From Candidatus Krumholzibacteriia bacterium (GTDB lineage: Bacteria; Krumholzibacteriota; Krumholzibacteriia; WVZY01), in contig JAZGDW010000065.1 of assembly GCA_036478295.1 (NCBI GenBank), positions 1 through 28,839 on the forward strand: a DNA stretch of 28,839 nucleotides, written 5' to 3'. The translations under genes were made by a program, and so were the position numbers. How positions within the stretch are numbered: position 1 is the stretch's first letter; every line of letters starts with the position of its first letter. The notes under the pieces were generated by a model that searched no databases, was not told the origin of the DNA, and was given only the letters and a program-made list of their open reading frames with translations. This document shows positions 15,901 to 23,513 of this stretch, piece by piece.

Positions 15901-17618
15901 GTATCGCGCAGGTACGCGAGCGCATGCCGGGCGGAAAGATCGTTGTCCCCCGACCACAGGGCGTGAAGCAGCAGGAAAAAGTTGGGGAAGAAACGCTCGC
16001 GTTCACCGATCAGAATGACGGTGCGGTGGAGCTTCTTGCGCCGGGACTTCGGAATGCTGCCGTAAATGAGGTGCCGGAGCGCGACACTTTCGATGCGAAC
16101 GAAGAGCGATATGGAGCTCTTGCGCGGCAGTTTTCGATACGACAATTCTACGCTGCCGAGGGCAACGAGCCGGAGTATGGCGGCCCCGATGGTCTCGTTG
16201 GATTCCGAAAACACGGACATGACCAGATCAAGTGGCATCGCGAACCTCGCCACGGCAATGAACTCGAGAAGCTGCCGCTCCTCGGTTCGGAGCCGCTCGA
16301 GGCAGGCCTTGATCAGTTCCCCGGGCGGGTCGGTGTCGCACGGTTTCCCGCCGAGGTCGCGTAGCGTCTTACAGAGGTATCCCGCCAGTCGACCCGTTTC
16401 ATCCTGGGCGCTGTGCCCCTCGAGATCGATTTCGAGATACCCGTCCGCACTTTTTCGCCTGAGCTTATCCAGGAACTCGCTCAGCTCCTGCACTAAGCCG
16501 TTCGAGCGAACGCCGAGAATCACAGAGTCCCCGCTCGCGGCGGATGAATCGAGCAGTGCGGTCGAAAAATCAGAACTGGCGAACTCTCTCTCATCGATGT
16601 CATCGATGACCCACACGCGGTGGGACGGGGACTTTCCCTCAGCCGCCGATCGCTTGCGCCGGGCGGCAAAAAGGTCCCATTCGTCCATTACGGTTACCGA
16701 GCAAGCTTCCGAGCGCTGAAGCCGAACGGCGGCTCTCTGGAGAATACGGCTCTTGCCGGTGTAGGAATCCCCCTTGACCACGACGACGCTGCCGCTCACC
16801 CTGGCGCGCTCGACCACCTGGTTTACACAGTCCTTTATAGCAGGGCTTTCGTCTGCCCACCGGCGTGTGTCGGCCCTTTGCAACGGGCGCTGGAATAGCT
16901 GCTCGTACGCACCCCCAAGTGTCGTGACTTTGCCCGCCGCGATTGCCCCCGCGGTTTCCTGCAGCCGCCTGCAAAACGGGGGCAGGCCGAGATCGTCGAA
17001 TGGGGCATCGTCGGTGCGAGCGCTGATCTGACGAATCAGTCTCTCGAGGAGCGACAGGTGAATCGTCTCGCCTTCGGATTGTAGAAGCGGCGTCCGCAGC
17101 CGGGTCCCCGGGATGCCGGGGCGTGCCTGCACGGATGAGGATGCACCCCCGCCCGGCAGAGGTGGAATCACATAGGCGACGGGAAGCATCACGGCGCCCC
17201 CGGTCTCATTTATGGCGAATGCTCCCGGAAAAAGATCACTCACGTAGAAGTCATAGTCTTCGAAACGAGACAGGGTCCGTATCAGCGGATCAAACAACGT
17301 CTCCAGCTGACTCGCGTTGTCTGCTGACGCCGGCACGGGTTTGAAATAGTCCGTCAAGAACTCGATGCGGCCGCCCTCGACCGTCAGCGACAGAAGGGGG
17401 GGGCAGAATTCCGGGGCTATCGCCGCGGCCGCATCCGCGCGAAACCTCAGGACGCTGGGCAGAAAATCGGTGAGGGCCTTGGACTTGATGCTGAAACGTA
17501 GAAATGTTCGCTCGCTCACCAAATCGACCAGAGGGGTGAGACGCCAGGCGCCAGCCAGCCACGAGTCCCCAGTGGGTTCGAGGTTTTGCTGGTATGAATG
17601 AGAAGGGTGGAACGCCAT
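12993..17618 (-). CDS. Multidomain sigma54-dependent Fis-family activator (degenerate kinase-like N-terminus, P-loop NTPase, TPRs, GAF, AAA+, HTH)
   Basis: GDSYTGKS and VWVIDDID; multiple TPRs (ALNLMGVVH, SFNNLALAY); GESGTGKS, ESELFGHERGSFTGA, FRLDLYYRL, WGGNVREL; C-terminal AAAMLGISKPTLYARL. Confidence 0.92.
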   Translation of the reverse strand: MAFHPSHSYQQNLEPTGDSWLAGAWRLTPLVDLVSERTFLRFSIKSKALTDFLPSVLRFRADAAAAIAPEFCPPLLSLTVEGGRIEFLTDYFKPVPASADNASQLETLFDPLIRTLSRFEDYDFYVSDLFPGAFAINETGGAVMLPVAYVIPPLPGGGASSSVQARPGIPGTRLRTPLLQSEGETIHLSLLERLIRQISARTDDAPFDDLGLPPFCRRLQETAGAIAAGKVTTLGGAYEQLFQRPLQRADTRRWADESPAIKDCVNQVVERARVSGSVVVVKGDSYTGKSRILQRAAVRLQRSEACSVTVMDEWDLFAARRKRSAAEGKSPSHRVWVIDDIDEREFASSDFSTALLDSSAASGDSVILGVRSNGLVQELSEFLDKLRRKSADGYLEIDLEGHSAQDETGRLAGYLCKTLRDLGGKPCDTDPPGELIKACLERLRTEERQLLEFIAVARFAMPLDLVMSVFSESNETIGAAILRLVALGSVELSYRKLPRKSSISLFVRIESVALRHLIYGSIPKSRRKKLHRTVILIGERERFFPNFFLLLHALWSGDNDLSARHALAYLRDTKSERRNPAVVSLCIGLAGKRILESLPFADQVLAHYELALDLLQKGSAADAERLLLESRDLIDEAEEDVKLKNAPRLSGTYRLLADRWEARGEFKQALDLLETARDDLRSALPIPEQAQLLNDIGWLQYRLGDYDMSMESSRLSLNTLSATQYPMIVAQALNLMGVVHFNTSRYDEAISYYEQSAYLRERSGDDNSLAASFNNLALAYQSKGEYEKALDYYNRSLELKRRQNNQAGIAGGYLNLALLYLEGRNFKEAEAKCRESLAISEALENAPLAADNYATLGDIALEDGDFEAAEQHYRVSLNVSHERQAINEEMGALRRLSAMCLKQKRFEEAKEFADAAFELVQRIGSKYENAQIEVIFGDLEREQNRQVEALKHYERASTQYTALSKYRLAATVLAKIGLIHAQTGNDLEARHYLDRAQDFIRADIGRELPEEFVKLQHVLRAHPARTPIGGKESQELLMAFYELSALTDYATDHREFIRRVMDAARRVVDPTDCYLALRTDSNQFRVFGSTGERSAALPRSTDALFRRTLLLGGLVDSHSQDLSDVVPDLDPPEGQGFLCIPLKAMSEDLGCLLFYLEKNRLPLSKENVNFFTWLGRQVAGSLKLMLHLNEQFLKGEILEIQDDEMQDDEQVKFRFESLIGKSEAMKDIFRLLEKVKNTDSGILILGESGTGKSVLARAIHYKSPRHKKRFQEIHCAQIPHDLLESELFGHERGSFTGAVRRKLGLCEMADGGTLFLDDINVMPIETQTKLLHFIDGKSFMRLGGNQRLTADVRIVAASNEDLEELCKQGKFRLDLYYRLKVILIDLPPLRERKEDMLAIALDYVKKSCAEKGIPPKTLSPEAIQLFQKATWGGNVRELQNVLERVIVLSDDNLITSSSLPDDFLKEVMGTGRHTSRRLDELVDQIIALGNYSESKPLLPVLEALLARRMVSHVDGKGRAAAMLGISKPTLYARLRDYDRLQ

Positions 17619-17635
17619 ACGCCCTCGACAGAATG

Positions 17636-17667
17636 GTTAAGAAATTTTACGAGTAAAATTATTTTAC
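17636..17667. promoter_or_regulatory. Tandem palindromic operator sites GTWAA-N5-TTTAC upstream of the sigma54 activator
   Basis: GTTAAGAAATTTTAC (17636-17650) and GTAAAATTATTTTAC (17653-17667); an AT-rich island in GC-rich DNA. Confidence 0.6.
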
Positions 17668-17733
17668 ACTTGATAGCGGCAAAACTCAAGCGGATTTCGA
17701 CCGATGGGCAAACTCGCGTAGGGACGGGTTTGC

Positions 17734-18093
17734 CTAGGTAAAATAGAGGATTCGCCCGCAGTTTTCGCAGGCGAGCAGAACGTCCTTGGTCCTGAGGGAC
17801 GGGTACGAAGTGGGAAGGGTAACAAAACAGCCGAGGCAGAGGTTGCTGGTGACCGGCACGATCGCTCGTCCGAACGACTTGGCCAGTCGCTCGTAACGGT
17901 TTAAAAGTTGGGGCGTTATGCGCTTGGCCAGCGCCTCTCTGGCGTCCTGCAGCTCCGTGATCCCGTCGAACTTAAAGCCCATTTGCTTCATTTCCAAGGA
18001 GGTGTCCGTATCCTTTGCTTCCTTGAGCATCAAGTCCAGATCTTGAAGAGCGACGAGCAGTTTGACCTGTTCTTCCATGGAATCTGCCGTCAT
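17734..18093 (-). CDS. C4 zinc-ribbon protein (DUF164/zf-RING_7; short CT398/HP0958-like)
   Basis: LVALQDLD N-terminal helix, LLNRYERL, CLGCFVTLP...CENCGRILY. ATGA overlap with the EIIA gene. Confidence 0.85.
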   Translation of the reverse strand: MTADSMEEQVKLLVALQDLDLMLKEAKDTDTSLEMKQMGFKFDGITELQDAREALAKRITPQLLNRYERLAKSFGRAIVPVTSNLCLGCFVTLPTSYPSLRTKDVLLACENCGRILYFT

Positions 18094-18551
18094 GAAGCTC
18101 CCAGAGCATCGTGGAGTCGGGCGAAATTCTCAGCCTCGACCAGGCGCCTGCGAACCGGGGCGGTCTTGATCAGTTCCACGAGGTGGCCAAGCACCTGCAG
18201 ATAAAGGTTTTCCTTATCCTGAGGCGGCGCGATTATCAGAAAAAAAAGATGCGTCGGCTTCTTATCCAACGCATCGAAATCCACGCCTTCCCGCGAGCGG
18301 GCAAAGAGAAGGGTCAGTTCCTGGACTGCGAGTGACCGTCCGTGGGGGAAAGCCACACCCTTGCCAATGCCCGTGCTGCCGAGCCTTTCCCGAGTCATCA
18401 GCATCTCGAGAATCAAGTCCCGGTCTTTGAGCTGACAGGCCCCGCTAATACATTCGACCATTTCCGACAACGCCCCGCGCTTGTCCTTGGACTCCAGGTC
18501 GAATATACAGAGTGATTCCTGAAAGAATTCTGCGAGTTCCTGCGGCTTCAT
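18090..18551 (-). CDS. ptsN: PTS EIIA (Ntr/fructose-type) protein
   Basis: RERLGSTGIGKGVAFPHGR (phospho-His), GVDFDALDKKPTHLFFLI. Start at ATG 18551. Confidence 0.85.
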   Translation of the reverse strand: MKPQELAEFFQESLCIFDLESKDKRGALSEMVECISGACQLKDRDLILEMLMTRERLGSTGIGKGVAFPHGRSLAVQELTLLFARSREGVDFDALDKKPTHLFFLIIAPPQDKENLYLQVLGHLVELIKTAPVRRRLVEAENFARLHDALGAS

Positions 18552-18661
18552 TCGTGCTTCCGGTGTGCGCCGATTCAATATGAAACCTATCAGAAAACCC
18601 CACTCCTCTCAATACGAAAAATGCGACTTTTGAGGAATTTGCTGCTATATTCCTGTCCACT

Positions 18662-19591
18662 ATGAAAACTGAACACGCAAATGGCCTGGTCTTGCGTGTT
18701 ACTGGCCACGAATTGTGGGTGGACGTGGACGGCGAAATGGTTGTGTGTCTGCTAAGGGGACGTTTCCGCCAGAAAGGCCAGAACCTGCACGTCGTTGCCG
18801 GCGATCGCGTGCAGATCTACACGCACGGCTCTGCTGGTGGACCGGCGGCGATCGAAGGTCTGCTGCCACGGAAATCCTGGCTGTCCCGGCATGTCGGCGG
18901 ACGCCACGAGTCGGAACGGGTCATTGTGGCCAACGTCGACCTTCTTGTCCTGGTGGCGTCCCTTTGGTCGCCGCGACTCAGCCATCGTTTTGTCGACCGT
19001 GTTCTGGTATCTGCCGAAAGGGGCTTCACCAAGGCCGTTATCTGTTTGAACAAGATCGACAAGATGAAGTCGGGTCAAGACGTGGAGGCGTTCGTGAGCC
19101 TTTACGAGGGAATTGGGTACCCGGTCGTCCGTACTAGCGCCAAGACGGGCGAAGGGATCGAGCGGGTTGAAGCGCTGCTGCAGGGTGGCGTGTATGCGTT
19201 CGTCGGCCAGTCGGGCGTGGGTAAGAGCTCGCTGCTGAATCGGATCGACCCGAGTCTCGAGCTCAAAGTCAGGGATGTGGCTCGCAAGACGGGGCGAGGT
19301 CGTCATACGACCTCCTACTCTCAGCTCTACCCGATCAAGGGTGGATTCATGGTCGATACTCCGGGCATGCAAACCTTCGGGTTTCCCGGCACGGACAAGG
19401 GGGAGTTGTCGGCGTGTTTCCCCGAGTTCCGCGAGTTCGAGTCAGAATGTCATTACCAGTCGTGCACGCATTCGCACGAGCCGAAGTGCGCGGTGAAAAA
19501 AGCGCTGGAGAACAGCCGTATCGCACCCTCGCGCTTTGTGAGCTACGAGGACATGCTGGCCGAGATCGAGGCTCGAACGAAGCGACGCTGA
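18662..19591 (+). CDS. rsgA: Ribosome small subunit-dependent GTPase A
   Basis: OB-fold N-terminus, permuted NKID / GQSGVGKSS / GRHTT / DTPG motifs, zinc finger CHYQSCTHSHEPKC. Confidence 0.95.
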   Translation: MKTEHANGLVLRVTGHELWVDVDGEMVVCLLRGRFRQKGQNLHVVAGDRVQIYTHGSAGGPAAIEGLLPRKSWLSRHVGGRHESERVIVANVDLLVLVASLWSPRLSHRFVDRVLVSAERGFTKAVICLNKIDKMKSGQDVEAFVSLYEGIGYPVVRTSAKTGEGIERVEALLQGGVYAFVGQSGVGKSSLLNRIDPSLELKVRDVARKTGRGRHTTSYSQLYPIKGGFMVDTPGMQTFGFPGTDKGELSACFPEFREFESECHYQSCTHSHEPKCAVKKALENSRIAPSRFVSYEDMLAEIEARTKRR

Positions 19592-19612
19592 ATCTGCGTC
19601 CGCGGACACTGG

Positions 19613-19780
19613 GGGTGCGGCAGGATGGGTGTTCTCAGGCGAGTTCTTGAGCACTGACAGCTGGCCACAATGAGCGAAATGCTGCGGAGCAGTGCGCAGG
19701 CGCGCGACCGGGAATCTACGAGCACAAAGCTCGTGCGCCGAGGACTGTTTGAGCATGAGAGCACCCATCCTGCCACACCC
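19613..19780 (+). repeat. Dispersed structured element family 1, copy 2 (126-bp core in a 25-bp inverted repeat)
   Basis: Arms 19613-19637 and 19756-19780 pair at 23 of 25 positions. The first 72 bp of the core are identical to the reverse complement of 9614-9685. Confidence 0.93.
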
Positions 19781-19796
19781 GGAAAAGAGAGATTAG

Positions 19797-20903
19797 ATGG
19801 GCCTTGTCAAAAGAATGGAACGGGCCGGCAAGCGCCTTCTCATCCGGCTGACGACGTCCATCGTCCACACGGAGGCGTTGTCCAAAGAGGCCATCCTGTC
19901 TCCCCCTCCAAAGCGCATTCTGGTCATCCGCCAGCACAACCAGATGGGTGACATGCTCCTGGCCGTCCCCGCCTACCGGGCCATCAAGGAGACGTTTCCA
20001 GAATCCGAATTGGGGGTGGTGAGCGCGAGGATCAATCGCGACGTGCTTCTCAACAACCCGTACGTCGACCACGTCCACTTGTTCGCCGGCCTTAACCCGC
20101 TCCAGGTGGTTGCGTTGATCCGGCAGATGAGGCGGTACCGCTACGATCTCGTGATTGTTCTCCACACGGTCTCTTTCTCGTTTACGAGCGCCGTGCTTGG
20201 CCTTCTCTCGGGCGCCCGTTATCGTGCGGGCTCGACATCGCGACCCTTCAACAATCCGATGAGTTCGGCGTTTTACCACGTGGAACTTCCGCTGCCGGAT
20301 GAGAGGGAGCTCAGGGGCATGAATGAGGCGGAGCACAACCTTTACCCGCTGCGCGCGCTCGGCATTGCAACCGACGACATCAGCCCGTTGCTGGTGCCGT
20401 CGGAGGACAACGAGCGCTGGGCAGAAGGATACCTGGGCGAACACGCCCTGGAAGGCGCGCCGATCATTGCCGTTCACCCCGGTGCCGGCAAGGTCGGCAA
20501 CATGTGGCCGCCTGAAAAGTTTGCTGACGTCGTCAACCGTCTGGCCGAGGAGCGGCGGATCAACCTCTGTGTCATCGAAGGGCCAAGGGATTCCGATCCC
20601 GTGGATGCCTTTTGCCGTGTGGCCAGAACGGCCTGCGCGAAGCTGCAGGGCAGACCCATCGGCGACGTCGCCGCCGTTCTGAAGCGAGCCGATCTGGTAA
20701 TCTGCAACGACACCGGTGTGATGCACGTTGCCTGCGCGGCGGGTGCGACAACACTCGGCATCTTTGGCCCCACGGATCCTGTACGGTGGGCGCCGCGGTG
20801 TTCCAATCTGCATGTGGTGAGGGCCGAGAGCGGCCGGCTGGCCGCTCTCACACCGGAGACGGTGTACGAAAAGGCGCGTGCGCTCCTCGACGCCGGTGAG
20901 TGA
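19797..20903 (+). CDS. Glycosyltransferase family 9 (LPS heptosyltransferase-like)
   Basis: RILVIRQHNQMGDMLLAVP, AVHPGAG...WPPEKF, ICNDTGVMHVACA, IFGPTDPVRWAP. Confidence 0.92.
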   Translation: MGLVKRMERAGKRLLIRLTTSIVHTEALSKEAILSPPPKRILVIRQHNQMGDMLLAVPAYRAIKETFPESELGVVSARINRDVLLNNPYVDHVHLFAGLNPLQVVALIRQMRRYRYDLVIVLHTVSFSFTSAVLGLLSGARYRAGSTSRPFNNPMSSAFYHVELPLPDERELRGMNEAEHNLYPLRALGIATDDISPLLVPSEDNERWAEGYLGEHALEGAPIIAVHPGAGKVGNMWPPEKFADVVNRLAEERRINLCVIEGPRDSDPVDAFCRVARTACAKLQGRPIGDVAAVLKRADLVICNDTGVMHVACAAGATTLGIFGPTDPVRWAPRCSNLHVVRAESGRLAALTPETVYEKARALLDAGE

Positions 20904-20970
20904 GCCGGCGGCTCTACTGCGCCACCGCTTCGATCGTCGACGGCAGCACGACAGGGGTTGAGGTAGCGGC

Positions 20971-22743
20971 CTAGTAGATGGGACTCAGGGTGATATTCAG
21001 GCTGATGGACTCGTCAGCGGTCACGTTGATCTGATTGTTCCACACATTGAACCCGGGCTTCTTGACGGTGACCAGGTGGTCGCCAGCCTCGAGCTTCAGG
21101 GGCTTCCGCAGCGGTGTGACGCCGACACTCACACCGTCGACCAATACCTGGGCCCCCGGGACGGTCGAGATCATAATGCGACCGGTCAGTTTTTCCAGTA
21201 TGACAGTTCGTGTCGATAGCTCGCCGGGGGTGATGCGTATCACTTCACTGTACGTCCGGTACTTCGAATTACGGCACTCGAGAGAGTGAGGTCCCCTCTT
21301 CAGCTGGACGCGGAGCGAAGGGGCGGCGTCACCCCGGTACCTTCCGTCAATGTAGATTTCCGCCCACGGCTCGACCTTGACCCGGATCCATCCCTTGCGG
21401 GGCGAAGGAGGCGGTTTGCGGTCTTCCTCGGGCTTGGGTTGCACGTTGGGCGTGGGTTTGGATGTCACTGGGGGCTTCGCCGTATCGACAGGGGACAGCC
21501 CGCCTGGGGTATTGGCTACCGGTCCGGTGGACGTCTCCGGGACATCGGGGGCCTGCACAGCTCCTGCGGAATCGGCGGCGGCCGGCTGGGTGCTGTCTGC
21601 CGCCGCGACCATCTTGTCCAGTATCGCACCCGGCAGGTACGCAGCGCCCGGTCCGTTTGCGTCGAGGCCGGCGATCTGAGGGGGCCTGCGTGCGGAACCG
21701 CTGTTCACAACGCGCGACACGAGATCGTTCACGTGGCGTTGGACCGATTCCGGGGCCAGCGTGTACCCGAACCCTGCCGCCCCAAAGAGAGTTGCTGCGG
21801 CGATCGCCGCAACTAACCCCCTCCGGAGTCGGCTTTTCTGTGTGTGTCTGCGGACGGTCTTTGGGAGCATCACCGTTGCCCCGTCCGTACTCAACAGGTG
21901 TTTGATGCTTTCCGTCGCCTCTTTCAACTGGTCGAGGCCGAGATATTTTTCGATGGCTTTCTTGAAATCGCCGGCCGATTGAAATCGGGCCTGGCGGGCC
22001 TTGTTCATGGCCTTCGAAATCAGCGATTGGACCGACTGCGGTACCTCGACGTTGAACCTCGACGGGTGCGGAGCGTTCTTGTTCAGGATGTTCTGAATAA
22101 CACTCATGTAGCTCTCGTCGTGGAATGGCTGCACGCCGGTGATCAATTCGTAGAACATGGTGCCGAGCGAAAAAAGATCGCTCCGGTGGTCGACGCTTTC
22201 GCCGTACGCTTGCTCGGGAGACATATATAACGGTGTGCCCAATATGGAATTCGCTGCGGTGTGCTGCGTTGTGGACTGGGTGAGCTTGGCCAGACCAAAA
22301 TCCGTGATCTTCACCTTGCCGGAACGCGCGATCATGATGTTTCCCGGCTTGATATCGCGGTGGACGATCCCCTTGGCGTGGGCGTGTTCGAGACCCAGAC
22401 ATATTTGATAGGTAAGGGCGAGGGCCACGTCGACGGGCATTTGTTTCCAGCGATCGAGGATTTCGCGCACGCTCTCGCCCTCGATGAACTCCATCACCAT
22501 GTGATACGAACCGTCTTCGGTCCCGAAGTCGATGATCTTTACGATATTATCATGATCGAGTGAGGCCGCTGCTTTGGCCTCGAGAACGAAACGACGGGTG
22601 AAGTTCTCGTCTTCGGTGAGATGTGGGTGTAGCTTCTTGATCGCCACGACGCGGTCGAGCGAGGTCTGGATTGCCCTGTAGAGGACCGCGGTCCCACCGG
22701 AAGCAACAAGTTTGAGTATTTGATAGTTCTTGTCGTTGGGCAA
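20971..22743 (-). CDS. Hanks-type Ser/Thr protein kinase with TM helix, Pro-rich linker and two PEGA-like domains
   Basis: VAIKKL, HRDIKPGN, TDFGLAK, GTPLYMSPEQ, DLFSLG; TM GLVAAIAAATLFGAAGFGY; ISTVPGAQVLVDGVSVGVTPL. Start TTG 22743 behind GAGGTG (GTG 22752 is an alternative). Confidence 0.93.
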   Translation of the reverse strand: MPNDKNYQILKLVASGGTAVLYRAIQTSLDRVVAIKKLHPHLTEDENFTRRFVLEAKAAASLDHDNIVKIIDFGTEDGSYHMVMEFIEGESVREILDRWKQMPVDVALALTYQICLGLEHAHAKGIVHRDIKPGNIMIARSGKVKITDFGLAKLTQSTTQHTAANSILGTPLYMSPEQAYGESVDHRSDLFSLGTMFYELITGVQPFHDESYMSVIQNILNKNAPHPSRFNVEVPQSVQSLISKAMNKARQARFQSAGDFKKAIEKYLGLDQLKEATESIKHLLSTDGATVMLPKTVRRHTQKSRLRRGLVAAIAAATLFGAAGFGYTLAPESVQRHVNDLVSRVVNSGSARRPPQIAGLDANGPGAAYLPGAILDKMVAAADSTQPAAADSAGAVQAPDVPETSTGPVANTPGGLSPVDTAKPPVTSKPTPNVQPKPEEDRKPPPSPRKGWIRVKVEPWAEIYIDGRYRGDAAPSLRVQLKRGPHSLECRNSKYRTYSEVIRITPGELSTRTVILEKLTGRIMISTVPGAQVLVDGVSVGVTPLRKPLKLEAGDHLVTVKKPGFNVWNNQINVTADESISLNITLSPIY

Positions 22744-22748
22744 TAATC

Positions 22749-23504
22749 TCACCTCGCCAGCACTAGACGCTCGGCTAGGTAAGAGGGAAGACCTTCTGAC
22801 AAGATTTTGTCCTGGCAAGTGGAAATATCATAGGGGACACGGAGAAACTCGATGCTTTCCTCTTCTTCATCGAGAATCACGACACACGCGTCGGGGTTCT
22901 TGTCTCTAGGCTGGCCGGTACTGCCGACGTTGACGAAATACCTGTATCCTTCCAGGATCTTCACTTTGGATTCACGGACGACTTCCATGCGACCCCGTAC
23001 TTCATCCATACGGACCAGAAGCGGCAGGTGCGTGTGCCCGACAAAGCAGAAGCGCTGACCAATCGACGAGAGAACCCCTCCGACCTCTTCGAGGCCGTGA
23101 ACATAACTGAAACGCATCGGTTCGATGGGAGACGCGTGGGTGAAGCAGTAGTCGCCGTCGATATAGACCAGCGGCAGGTTAGACAGCGTGGTAAGGTCTT
23201 CCTCGTCGAGTTGGTTCCGCGTCCAGTCCACCGACGCCTGGGCCATGGGATTGAAATCATGGCTCGGAATGACGCCCGCGACGGCCAGGTCGTGATTGCC
23301 GGCGAGAATCAAGTTCGCCTCATCCCGCAGAATCGCCATGCACTCCTTCGGATTCGCGCCGTATCCCACGAGGTCTCCCAGGCAATACAGCTGGTAAGGC
23401 CCGAGCTTCTGGATGAAACCGAGCACGGCTTGCAGAGCTTCCAGGTTGCCGTGGACATCAGAGATCAAGACGTACCGTGTTTTCTGCGCTGTGGAGGTCT
23501 CCAT
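22749..23504 (-). CDS. Calcineurin-like metallophosphoesterase (putative Ser/Thr phosphatase)
   Basis: SDVHGN, LGDLVGYG, GNHD, FTHAS, GHTH, VNVGSTGQPRD. GGAG RBS. Confidence 0.92.
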   Translation of the reverse strand: METSTAQKTRYVLISDVHGNLEALQAVLGFIQKLGPYQLYCLGDLVGYGANPKECMAILRDEANLILAGNHDLAVAGVIPSHDFNPMAQASVDWTRNQLDEEDLTTLSNLPLVYIDGDYCFTHASPIEPMRFSYVHGLEEVGGVLSSIGQRFCFVGHTHLPLLVRMDEVRGRMEVVRESKVKILEGYRYFVNVGSTGQPRDKNPDACVVILDEEEESIEFLRVPYDISTCQDKILSEGLPSYLAERLVLAR

Positions 23505-23513
23505 GGTCGTCGA

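Noticed and set aside
10429..17618. Genomic island integrated at tRNA-Val
   Set aside because: No integrase, no direct repeat of the tRNA 3' end seen, and no obvious compositional shift.
17707..17734. Hairpin GGCAAACTCG/CGGGTTTGCC after the zinc-ribbon gene as a terminator
   Set aside because: No U-tract on the minus strand and a mismatch in that orientation.
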